A stretch of 64,000 bases of DNA from Gammaproteobacteria bacterium (GTDB lineage Bacteria; Pseudomonadota; Gammaproteobacteria; HyVt-429): contig JAADGI010000019.1 in assembly GCA_013152415.1 (NCBI GenBank), positions 130,000-193,999 of the forward strand. The letters are read 5' to 3'. The notes under the pieces are model-generated. The model saw nothing but the letters and a program-made list of their open reading frames with translations, was not told the origin of the DNA and made no database searches. The stretch's first letter is position 1, and every line of letters starts with the position of its first letter. Below, piece after piece: positions 17,729 through 26,843 of this stretch. Position numbers and translations under genes: made by a program.

Positions 17729-18284
17729 TGGGTCACATAATTTTACTGGAAAACAGACTGGTCTGGACTATATGCCAGATCCTCAACGCACTCTATCCTT
17801 CGGTTAGATCAGCTACTCCCTCTGCACCCAAATCTCATACCTGATCTAAGTACACTCACTCCGGTACGAATGATAACATTCATGGCATCTACTTCCATTA
17901 GTGCAATATCACTGTGTCCCCATGACAATCCCTTTTGGGGCTCGTACTCCTTGAGCACATTACAAACATCCAGTATCTGGGCCACGAGAAATGGCCCGGC
18001 CACACAGATTCTTCGGGTGACTACTACCGTCTCAAGGCTTGTGGTGATATTAATGGAACAGCCCTTTGCATACTACAATGAGTTTGGGGCTGTCATTTAA
18101 TCGCTCAGGTGTAGCGCACTTTGGAGGAAACCTTTCATCATGCGCTCAAAAAAGGGACTCGGATCGTAGCCCCCATTTCTTCCAGACCCGTAGAAAAGGC
18201 CAAATAAATACGCAATATGACGGTGCGAGGGGAACAAAGAAACACGACGCAGAACTTCAGCAACAATGGTCGAAGTCATCCGCA

Positions 18285-19721
18285 TTACAACACCTTCGAA
18301 CGGATCACCATGAGCTTTTCGACCTGCATATCACGGTAGGTATAAGGGATGCCCCCAACCCCTAAACCGGATTGACGCAACCCAGCGAAGGGCATCCAGT
18401 CCACTCTAAATGCAGTATGGTCATTGATCATCACTGCGCTGGCGTTAAAATGCTTGCAGGCATACAGGGCCTTGTCCATGTCCCGGGTAAACACTGCGGC
18501 CTGAAAGGCCACCGGCAAGGCATTGGCGCGGCCCAGGGCCTCATCCATATCCACATAATCGTAGACACATATGACCGGTCCAAAGATTTCTTTGTTTGAC
18601 ACCTTGGTGTCCTGGGGGGGATTAAAGAGCACCGTCGGGCTATAGCAATGGCCATGGACTTCGCCCCCGGTCAACAATTTGGCACCGGCAGTCACTGCCT
18701 CGCTGACCCACTGACGCACCCGATTCAGCTCTTTGCTCCGAATCAGGGGTCCGATCTCGGTAACAGGATCTGTGGGGTCACCCACAACCTGGGCCTGGGC
18801 AAGCGTGGCTAAACGCTCGGCCACCTCCCTGGCAATAGACTTGTGGCAGAATACCCGCTGTACCGACACACAGACCTGACCCGCATGATAAAATCCACCC
18901 TTGGCGATAAGCGGCAGGGCGTCGTCCAGATCTGCATCTGCCTCGATAATGACCGGCGCCACACCGCCATGCTCCAGAGCACAGCGGGTCCCTGGGGCCA
19001 ACTTGCTGCGCAACATCCAGCCCACACTGGCACTACCAATAAAACTAAAAAAACCTACCCGTGAGTCGGTAACCAATTGACTCGCCACATCCAGATCCGA
19101 CACTACCAATGCCTGGCACCACTCCTCCGGGAGGCCTGCTTCCCGTAACAAGGCAACAAAGCGGTAACAGGATAGAGGCGTGTCTTCCGCCGGTTTAATA
19201 ATCACCGGACAACCGCTGGCCACTGCCGGGCCCACCTGATGCACAATCAAGTTGAGCGGGTGATTAAAGGCACTGACCGCCACCACCACCCCGATAGGCT
19301 CCTTCCGAGTGAAGGCCAAACGACTCTGCGATGCCAAATTGACCCCCATGGGGATTTCCCGACCGCTATCACCTCGAATACATTCGATACAGTTGTGCAC
19401 CCCATCAATAGCACGGGCAACTTCTACCCTGGAGTCCATCAATGGCTTGCCACCCTCTCGTGCCGCCTCCATAGCCAGATCATCGGCCTGGGCATCCATG
19501 AGTTGCGCAGTTTTCTTCAGAATGGCAATGCGCTCGGTAGCCGTCAACCAACGACCGCGATCCGCAAAAAGTTGCTGTGCGGTATTTAGCGCGGTTTCGA
19601 TAGCAGCGGTGTTGGCCGTATCCAGGGTAGCGATAATGCTGTCGTCATAGGGGGCAGTGACGGTCAGGGTGTCACCACTGGCAGTAGCCCCTGGAATCAT
19701 CAATGGGTGGTGTGTCGTCAT
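18285..19721 (-). CDS. NAD(P)-dependent aldehyde dehydrogenase
   Basis: The ALDH family motifs FNHP, the catalytic region ALEHGGVAP and FYHAGQVCVS are present. The start is probably the internal Met (MTTHHPLMIPG). Confidence 0.85.
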   Translation of the reverse strand: MTTHHPLMIPGATASGDTLTVTAPYDDSIIATLDTANTAAIETALNTAQQLFADRGRWLTATERIAILKKTAQLMDAQADDLAMEAAREGGKPLMDSRVEVARAIDGVHNCIECIRGDSGREIPMGVNLASQSRLAFTRKEPIGVVVAVSAFNHPLNLIVHQVGPAVASGCPVIIKPAEDTPLSCYRFVALLREAGLPEEWCQALVVSDLDVASQLVTDSRVGFFSFIGSASVGWMLRSKLAPGTRCALEHGGVAPVIIEADADLDDALPLIAKGGFYHAGQVCVSVQRVFCHKSIAREVAERLATLAQAQVVGDPTDPVTEIGPLIRSKELNRVRQWVSEAVTAGAKLLTGGEVHGHCYSPTVLFNPPQDTKVSNKEIFGPVICVYDYVDMDEALGRANALPVAFQAAVFTRDMDKALYACKHFNASAVMINDHTAFRVDWMPFAGLRQSGLGVGGIPYTYRDMQVEKLMVIRSKVL

Positions 19722-19749
19722 ATGTCCTTCCGTCTTATATGAAATTTTT

Positions 19750-21402
19750 TTAGATGGGGCAGGCAATCTCACCAAGACGCTGAGTCAGCAATATATTTTC
19801 CCGGTAGTCGATGGGGACCACGATAAGACTTGGGCCAGATTCCTTAAATGCGGCCTCCAGGGTATCAACCAGGTCACGGCTGTTCTCCACCCGATGACCG
19901 TGCCAACCAAAGGCGCTGGCCAGTTGCCGCCAGTCCGGATTGCCGAAAGATAAATCCGTATGGTGGCCAAATTCGTTAGTTTGCTTCCAGGCAATCAGGC
20001 CATAGCTGTAATCTTCCCACACCATGGCTACGATATTGGACCCAAGACGCTTGGCGGTCTCCATCTCCTGCGCGTTCATCATAAAACCGGCATCGCCACA
20101 GATGGCCAGGATACGACGGTCACCGTAGACCATACTGGCACCAATGGCACCGGGAAAGGCAAAGCCCATGGAACAAAACCCGTTGGGAATCAAACAAGTA
20201 TTCGGAACATGACATTGATAGTGGCGTGCAATCCACATCTTGTGAGCTCCGACGTCGGATAACAAAATGTCATCGGCCCCCATCACCTGGCGCACATCCC
20301 ACAGGACCTTCTGTGGGCGAATCGTACCCTCGGTATCGTCATCCTTATGCAACTCGAATTCTTTTTGCATATCGCGACGGGTGGCAGCCTGCTGATGGAG
20401 ATCAAACTTGAGCCCCCCCACCTTGTCCACACGCTCACTCATCATCCACAGGGTATGGGCTAAATCACCGACAATCTCCTTTTCCGGATGATAGTGTTCA
20501 TCAATCTCGGTGGGCAGAAAGTCTGCATGGATAATATTTTTTTTCTTATTCTTATTCCACAGATAGGGGTGGTACTCCACCATATCGTAGCCCAGGGCGA
20601 TAACAAGATCAGCAGAATCCAGGGCACAGGCGACCACATCTCTGGCCTGCAGGCCAATAGTATACAGACAGTAGTCCGCATCCATATCCACACAACCCTT
20701 GGCCATGAAAGTGCTAATCACACCAATACCGGTTTTCTCACAAAAGATGCGTAGTTGCTTGCTGGCACGTTTACGGATACAGCCATTGCCGGCAAGAATG
20801 ATAGGCCGCTTGGCATTCATAATTTGATCAAAGGCCTGGTCTACAATCACGTCATCCGCCACCGGTCGCCGGAAGCGAAACGGCACCATGGGGGCCGAAT
20901 TCGTCTCCATCTTGGCCACATCCTCAGGCAGCTCAATATGGCAGGCCCCAGGCTTTTCGGTGCGGGCGAGCCGCACGGCCTTACGCACCATCTCGGGAAT
21001 ACTGTCCGGGTGCAACACCGTGTGAGCCCACTTAGTGACCGGCTCGAACATGGCGACCACATCCATGACTTGGTGAGATTCTTTGTGTAATCGGGTGGAG
21101 GCCCCCTGCCCGGTCAGGACCAGCATGGGGGAACGGTCCATATTTGAATCGGCGACACCGGTAATCAGATTAGTGGCCCCGGGCCCCAGCGTACCCAGAC
21201 AAGCTGCGGGATTACCGGTGAGACGACCATAGACCTCGGCCATAAATGCGGCGCCTTGTTCATGGCGAGTAAGGATAAATCGAATCTTGTCAGATGCCTC
21301 GAGAGACATCATAAAATCTGCGTTCTCCTCCCCCGGGACACCGAAAATATATTCAATGCCCTCTTCTTCCAGACATTTAACAAACAAATCAGAGGCTTTC
21401 AT
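19750..21402 (-). CDS. thiamine-pyrophosphate enzyme, acetolactate-synthase-like
   Basis: N-terminal Pyr domain (LFVKCLEEEGIEYIFGVPGEEN). Central FAD-like domain. C-terminal TPP motif GDAGFMMNAQEMETAKRLGSNIVAMVWEDYSYG. Confidence 0.8.
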   Translation of the reverse strand: MKASDLFVKCLEEEGIEYIFGVPGEENADFMMSLEASDKIRFILTRHEQGAAFMAEVYGRLTGNPAACLGTLGPGATNLITGVADSNMDRSPMLVLTGQGASTRLHKESHQVMDVVAMFEPVTKWAHTVLHPDSIPEMVRKAVRLARTEKPGACHIELPEDVAKMETNSAPMVPFRFRRPVADDVIVDQAFDQIMNAKRPIILAGNGCIRKRASKQLRIFCEKTGIGVISTFMAKGCVDMDADYCLYTIGLQARDVVACALDSADLVIALGYDMVEYHPYLWNKNKKKNIIHADFLPTEIDEHYHPEKEIVGDLAHTLWMMSERVDKVGGLKFDLHQQAATRRDMQKEFELHKDDDTEGTIRPQKVLWDVRQVMGADDILLSDVGAHKMWIARHYQCHVPNTCLIPNGFCSMGFAFPGAIGASMVYGDRRILAICGDAGFMMNAQEMETAKRLGSNIVAMVWEDYSYGLIAWKQTNEFGHHTDLSFGNPDWRQLASAFGWHGHRVENSRDLVDTLEAAFKESGPSLIVVPIDYRENILLTQRLGEIACPI

Positions 21403-21531
21403 GGTCAAGGCGGTCCTTTTTCTTGTTAGTCGAATCGCTCATTTCAGTCCATTGGGACCAAAATAAAGCTATAGCGTTCCCTGACACGAGTATAGACCGG
21501 TAAATCGGTCCCTATACGCTAAAAAGTACTT

Positions 21532-21667
21532 ACACTAAGGAAAACGGAAGTTGCCCTACATCGCTATCAGCGGGTGTCGGCAGCATGGGCGCTGCCGTCA
21601 AGCGTACAGGGACGTATTTACCGCGTCCCGCTGATAGTGATGTCGGGCAACTAATGAACTCTAGTAC
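21532..21667. repeat. ~136-bp structured MITE/REP-like intergenic element, copy A
   Basis: About 88% identical to 59355..59494. It has long imperfect inverted arms (GTTGCCCTACATCGCTATCAGCGGG / CCCGCTGATAGTGATGTCGGGCAAC) around an inner GGCAGCATGGGCGCTGCC hairpin. The terminal inverted repeats are TACTAAGG / CTAGTA. Confidence 0.7.
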
Positions 21668-21745
21668 CAGGGGAAACGCCCCTTTGCCTCACCTTGGTAT
21701 GGTGGCATCACCAGCGCCAGAGCAGGCCACTTTCCATATCAGCAT

Positions 21746-22861
21746 TTAACGAATTGACGCATACCCACCATCAATACCCGACCTGGTGAAAACAATCTGC
21801 CACAGTTCATTAAACCTTGCCCGGAATGCGCCGGCAGCGGACATCAGAAAAAAACGCCACATGCGATAAAACCGCTCATCATATCTATCGTGATCCAAAC
21901 TGTCCCAGTGACGGTCCACGTTGGCCATCCATGCCATCAGCGTGGGATCATAGTGAGTCCCCATACTGTGCCAGTCCTCCATAACGAAGATTTCCTCCGC
22001 GGCCCGTGCGATTTGCGCCACCGTTAGCAACATCCCATCCGGAAAAATATATTTGTTGGTCCAGGGGTCCACTGCATCTTTGCGTGAATTCGCACCGATG
22101 GTATGCAAAAGAAATATGCCATCCTTCGCCAGACAGCGACTAACCGTACGCATAAATATCCGGCAATTTTTTACGCCCACATGCTCAAACATACCAATTG
22201 ACACAATCCGATCAAAGGTGCCTTGTATGTCACGATAATCTTGCAGCCTAAACTCAACTGCCAAACCATCACACAAGCTACGACCCAACTCGATTTGCTC
22301 TTTCGACACCGTAACGCCGGTTACTTCAACACCATATTTTTCAGCAGCATATTTGGCAAAACCACCCCATCCACAGCCAATATCCAGAACCGTCATACCC
22401 GGTTGCAATCCTATCTTGCGACAAATCAAGTCAAGCTTGTCCTCTTGGGCCTGCTTCAGGGTCTTGGCATCCTTCCAATAGGCACAGGTATAGACCATTC
22501 GTGGATCCAACATTTTCTGAAACAGATCATTCCCTATATCGTAATGGTGCTCACCAATATTGAATGCCCTTGATCGGCGTTGGGGATTAAAAATTTTCGC
22601 CATAATGACAGGAAACACAAGTTTTAAAGGGGATATACTGTGCTTTAAATCTGCACGCAGTAGTCGATAAACCAAATCGTCCAGCCGCTCAGAGTCCCAC
22701 CAACCATCCATATAGGATTCACCAAATGCAATGGGGCCATCACGCAATATACGCTTATAGAAGTGAGGATTATCTACCTGTATATCCCAATCTCGCTCAC
22801 CATTGATTTTCACATCCGCCAGCGCAACTATCTTTCTGATTACCGATTCAGCACGGTTCAT
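21746..22861 (-). CDS. cfa: cyclopropane-fatty-acyl-phospholipid synthase
   Basis: The SAM-MTase motif VLDIGCGWGGFAKYAAEKYG and the Cfa family context (FDRIVSIGMFEHVG) are present. Length is 371 aa. Confidence 0.85.
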   Translation of the reverse strand: MNRAESVIRKIVALADVKINGERDWDIQVDNPHFYKRILRDGPIAFGESYMDGWWDSERLDDLVYRLLRADLKHSISPLKLVFPVIMAKIFNPQRRSRAFNIGEHHYDIGNDLFQKMLDPRMVYTCAYWKDAKTLKQAQEDKLDLICRKIGLQPGMTVLDIGCGWGGFAKYAAEKYGVEVTGVTVSKEQIELGRSLCDGLAVEFRLQDYRDIQGTFDRIVSIGMFEHVGVKNCRIFMRTVSRCLAKDGIFLLHTIGANSRKDAVDPWTNKYIFPDGMLLTVAQIARAAEEIFVMEDWHSMGTHYDPTLMAWMANVDRHWDSLDHDRYDERFYRMWRFFLMSAAGAFRARFNELWQIVFTRSGIDGGYASIR

Positions 22862-23239
22862 CCCTGACTATCCTCCCCACCAAGTTTTTGGTTTAACGCA
22901 CAGACTCATCATGATGGACTTCACCCATGGTGCGATCCAGTAACACACCTACAAAACCATGAAGATCGCTATTGTCTATCCCTAGGTTTTTCAGCAAGGC
23001 CAACTAAAGAGGGCAGACAAACACCAGTGGTCCTTCATGCTGTCTACTGTCACACTATCGGATTGAATCACTACATACAACCACAAAAAAAGACCCATAC
23101 AACGTGGGACTTTTTGTTAATGAGCCCCCGGACAGCAGCCCCGTGGATGTTTGAACTATCCACTTCACTCTCTTGGCAACACATAAACTACATCGATTAG
23201 CATGTACCCCACATCCCTACATTCAAGCCCTGACAGGGC

Positions 23240-24508
23240 TTAGTCACCTAGTAGTTTTGCCGTCTCCACCTTAATCAACTTGCTGTGTTCGCACAATACC
23301 AAGGGTCCCAGCAGGGAATGCTTGTCCACATGATACTGCCCATCAGCACCTTTTCGGACACCGCGATGCTCAATACTCTCCGGAAAATTGGTCACCTCAT
23401 CAATTCCAATGGAAACGAAGGTGGGTATCTTCCCTTCATCATGAATATCCGGTAGTGCTGGACAGTTAAACCCGGAATTAGCGTAAATAAACGGTAGCGG
23501 CTGAGCAGTATCTTTTACATTCAAAACACGCAGTTTCTCATTTTCTCTCGGCACGTGGGTGTGCCCCATAACAACAATTTTTGCGTGATGAACAGATGCC
23601 AATTGCCCAGCATACGAGCTCAGATTATTTTCAATATCAGAGTGCAACAAGGCATCCCACGCACCCTCTGTCCCCAAGGGCTTGCCGTCGGGACCCAAGC
23701 TCTTTTCAAAACTGGCAAAGAGGTCATGAAAGTCCTCATCGGCATCATCCAGAGACCGGGATGCATGATTATCCGGCATTACAATCTTTGTGTACCAATC
23801 AAGCCCGGTGGCCTTTTGTATGGCTGACATAATGGCATATCCGACCGAATGTACTGCCGCATCAACAACAATCTCGGCAAAATTTTCGACCGTAAGACCA
23901 ATGCCTGTCGGCTCCCCCGTACCGGGCAGTTCCGCCACATTCTTCTTGCCGGTTTTCTTAAGCTGTAGCTCCGCGTAATAAGCGCCAGCACGTGTCGCAT
24001 AATAACCAACGGGAAGTGGAGCGATAATATTTTTAGAATCCTTGTACGGTGCGCACATCATGGAAAAATGGTGTCCATGCGTACATACCAATGTTCCGTT
24101 ACCCAGAGGCTTATAAAGGTCGGGCTGAAGATAGATCTGTTTTTGGGTGGTCAGGCCAGACAGTAATTTAAGGTCGTCAGCGGTCACGGTCATGTCGTGA
24201 TTACCATTCACAAAGCTGACCTTCTCAATCTTGTCGACCAGCGTACGAATAATATTAAATAATGACTTGTTCTGTGTGTTCTGCACAATCTCCGCAAATG
24301 TAGGTGGTGTTTCAGAAGGTAGATAAGTCCATAGATCTACAAAATCCCCCAACAAGATGAGCTCTTTGATCTGATCCGCATGGGTGATCAGATAATTCAA
24401 TATCGCCTGCACATACGGGCCATGGATACCGGCCTGATACCAATTAGTGGGTGAATTGGTGCCAATATGGATATCACTAAGAACAACTATAAACCGGGTA
24501 TCAGCCAT
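23240..24508 (-). CDS. calcineurin-like metallophosphoesterase (422 aa)
   Basis: Metal-ligand motifs are present: VVLSDIHIG, LLGDFVDLW, GNHD, and the C-terminal VVMGHTHVP. Confidence 0.75.
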   Translation of the reverse strand: MADTRFIVVLSDIHIGTNSPTNWYQAGIHGPYVQAILNYLITHADQIKELILLGDFVDLWTYLPSETPPTFAEIVQNTQNKSLFNIIRTLVDKIEKVSFVNGNHDMTVTADDLKLLSGLTTQKQIYLQPDLYKPLGNGTLVCTHGHHFSMMCAPYKDSKNIIAPLPVGYYATRAGAYYAELQLKKTGKKNVAELPGTGEPTGIGLTVENFAEIVVDAAVHSVGYAIMSAIQKATGLDWYTKIVMPDNHASRSLDDADEDFHDLFASFEKSLGPDGKPLGTEGAWDALLHSDIENNLSSYAGQLASVHHAKIVVMGHTHVPRENEKLRVLNVKDTAQPLPFIYANSGFNCPALPDIHDEGKIPTFVSIGIDEVTNFPESIEHRGVRKGADGQYHVDKHSLLGPLVLCEHSKLIKVETAKLLGD

Positions 24509-24767
24509 AATATTTTTTGTAAGGGCTTGCCATCATAATCTCCTTTTACAAAAGCCTACATCAAAGTTAATGTGGTGGCTGCGAAAGATGCACTGGATAT
24601 AAAAGGCGCCAGGTGTTAGCCAAATCCACTTATTCCGTGTTAATTATGGGGTTTATGAAAATGCTAAGCAACGCTATATTGCCTACTGGTGTTACAAACG
24701 GGTGGTAGAAGATGCCCCTTGTAGTACAGATCAAACTCGAACTATATACTCAACAATAACTCTAAAA

Positions 24768-25427
24768 ATGGCTCACTCTACTAAAAAGATCAATCTCCGC
24801 GACATCGCACTTTTCTCTGATTTACCAGACAGGGTATTAGAGAAACTGCTAAAACACATGACCACTCGCACATACCCACGTGCAACAATTATCATTAGTG
24901 AAGGTGAACGTAGTGGCGGCCTTTACTTTATTCATTCCGGGAAGGTAAGAATATTTGTCGGTGATGAAGAAGGTCGGGAATTAGTGTTACGCACCCAGGG
25001 CATCGGGGAATATTTTGGAGAAATGTCACTCTTTAGTGAGGCGCCACGATCCGCATCGGTTATAACCATAGAGGAAACAGAATTATCATTGATATCACGC
25101 CCAGATTTTAAGGATTGTTTGTCCGAAAACCCGGAAATTTCATATCATTTAATTAGCATGCTAAGCCATCGGATTCGATTACTTACCGATGAGATGAAAA
25201 ATCTGTCATTTCTTGACGTGAGTAGTAGGCTAGCACGAGTGCTGCTGGATCAAGCAATAAATCAAGACGGCAAGTGGATTGTAAAGAGTATCACTCAGCA
25301 GGAAATAGCCAATATGATCGGTTCATCCCGCGAAATGGTCAGTCGATCCATGAGAGACCTCATCAAAAACGACCACATCTCGGTTGATGGCAACACCATT
25401 ACCATCAAAGCGAAACTTCCAGTATGA
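24768..25427 (+). CDS. Crp/Fnr-family transcriptional regulator
   Basis: A cNMP-binding domain (FYFIHSGKVRIFVGDEEGRELVL...GEMSLF) plus a C-terminal HTH (QQEIANMIGSSREMVSRSMRDLIKN). The start is taken at the internal Met of track ORF 24702. Confidence 0.8.
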   Translation: MAHSTKKINLRDIALFSDLPDRVLEKLLKHMTTRTYPRATIIISEGERSGGLYFIHSGKVRIFVGDEEGRELVLRTQGIGEYFGEMSLFSEAPRSASVITIEETELSLISRPDFKDCLSENPEISYHLISMLSHRIRLLTDEMKNLSFLDVSSRLARVLLDQAINQDGKWIVKSITQQEIANMIGSSREMVSRSMRDLIKNDHISVDGNTITIKAKLPV

Positions 25428-25749
25428 ATATTTGATAAACACAGAGTCTTGTCTTTTCACCTCCCACACCACTAATGATTCACTTGCTTCATAATACTTT
25501 TTACTGCTGTATCGACTGTGCGAAGAATCGCGCAAATGCATCTTGGAGTACATAGGTATTACTGGGACAACGCCCATGACGATATCACGACGCATTACTC
25601 TGCGGCCGAGTTACAGGAATTGTTAGACGCCGCCGAGAAAATCGTGGACAGAGGCATTGCCCAAATGCCGACACTGACGGTTCTGACAGGCTACAAAGAT
25701 GAAAGTGTCGGAAAAAGAAAAAGGCTACGGGAAGAAACCCTATAACCCT

Positions 25750-25777
25750 TTGATTTTATGGCGCGCCCGGAGAGATT
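25750..25777. repeat. 25-bp direct duplicate of the tRNA-Arg 3' end plus flank (att-like remnant)
   Basis: TTGATT(TTAT)GGCGCGCCCGGAGAGATT here matches TTGATTGGCGCGCCCGGAGAGATT at 25940..25963, which is the tRNA-Arg 3' end including CCA. Confidence 0.5.
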
Positions 25778-25910
25778 ACTTCGGGCATCCTGCCCTTCGC
25801 CCTCCGGGCCAGCCTTCGGCTGTTCAAATTTGTTCCCGACAAATTTGTCAAACACACTCCAAATATTTCGTCGGGAGTTCAAATCTTTCCAAAACTATAT
25901 CAGTCAATGC

Positions 25911-25936
25911 AAAAAGGACCCATAAAGGGCCCTTTT
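25911..25936. terminator. bidirectional hairpin terminator downstream of the tRNA-Ser/tRNA-Arg pair
   Basis: AAAAGGACCC-ATAAA-GGGCCCTTTT: a 10-bp stem with one mismatch and U-runs on both strands. It lies 9 nt past the tRNA-Arg 3' end. Confidence 0.5.
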
Positions 25937-25944
25937 ACATTGAT

Positions 25945-26021
25945 TGGCGCGCCCGGAGAGATTCGAACTCCCGACCGCCTGGTTCGTAGCCAGGTACTCT
26001 ATCCAGCTGAGCTACGGGCGC
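25945..26021 (-). tRNA. tRNA-Arg (anticodon ACG)
   Basis: The reverse complement GCGCCCGTAGCTCAGCTGGATAGAGTACCTGGCTACGAACCAGGCGGTCGGGAGTTCGAATCTCTCCGGGCGCGCCA folds as a cloverleaf with anticodon loop CTACGAA. It is near-identical in architecture to E. coli argV. Confidence 0.9.
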
Positions 26022-26218
26022 GTTGATAGGTAAATTTTACTTTGTCACTCCTGATGTCACAACGGTAATTCTTTAAATAGTCGACCCGTCGGGAAAAATG
26101 TTCACTGGGCGTTTCCTCTTTACTCCAATCAACCAAGCTACGGATGCACGGACAGTTAAAGAGGCCTGCAAGATGGGCAGAATTTACCCAAACTCCTGAG
26201 GCTAGACCAGAAAGATTC

Positions 26219-26311
26219 TGGCGGAGAGAGAGGGATTCGAACCCTCGATGGAGTTTAACCCCCATACTCCCTTAGCAGGGGAGCGCCTTCAGCCAACTCG
26301 GCCATCTCTCC
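26219..26311 (-). tRNA. tRNA-Ser (anticodon GCU)
   Basis: The reverse complement GGAGAGATGGCCGAGTTGGCTGAAGGCGCTCCCCTGCTAAGGGAG...GGGTTCGAATCCCTCTCTCTCCGCCA is a class II tRNA with a long variable arm. The anticodon is GCT. Confidence 0.9.
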
Positions 26312-26379
26312 GAAAATCTGAGGGGCGAAGGATAGCTTGATGGCGTATTCTGGTAAAGGTCTAAATTAGTAGTCGTGGG

Positions 26380-26580
26380 CTATTCGTTACCGAAACTATT
26401 ACCACCCTTGGCAGCTTGCTCTTGCTTAATGCGTTCGTAAATCTCCTCACGGTGTACAGGAATATCTTTTGGTGCATTGATACCGATACGCACCTGGTTG
26501 CCTTTTATCCCTAATACCGTGACCTGAACGTCGTCCCCTATGTTCAGTGTCTCTCCAATACGCCTCGTCAAAATCAGCAT
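26380..26580 (-). CDS. csrA: carbon storage regulator CsrA
   Basis: [51 protein letters not shown] is a near-canonical CsrA. Confidence 0.9.
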   Translation of the reverse strand: MLILTRRIGETLNIGDDVQVTVLGIKGNQVRIGINAPKDIPVHREEIYERIKQEQAAKGGNSFGNE

Positions 26581-26843
26581 TGTGCTGTACTCCTTAAAAA
26601 TACGTCTAACAATTAATTCTCACCCCTGTCTGACGACCTGTAAGGTAATCACAAACAGCCATTGCCGCAGCGCCGACACCTGGGGCCACAAACTGCAATG
26701 TATAGGGAGTTGCGGGTAAAACGAATCTACCTGGACAGGCAGTGTCGGCGCATATGCGATTGGACAAAACCGTACCTATATCATGCAACCGATTATACAC
26801 CAACTGCCCCTTCTGTGATCAACTTCCGGCTGGGATGCCATTA

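Noticed and set aside
22862-23239. Bidirectional terminator at ~23085-23115 (AAAAAAAGACCCATACAACGTGGGACTTTTTGTT)
   Set aside because: Flanking A- and T-runs are present, but the stem pairs only 5 of 7 positions (GACCCA versus TGGGAC with a mismatch). This is too weak to list as a feature without folding energy calculation.
25800-25890. T-arm-like CGGGAGTTCAAATCT suggesting a second tRNA on the plus strand
   Set aside because: No acceptor or anticodon stems can be drawn around it. The downstream bases (TTTCC) do not pair with CGGGA. It is probably a fragment associated with the duplicated tRNA-Arg end.
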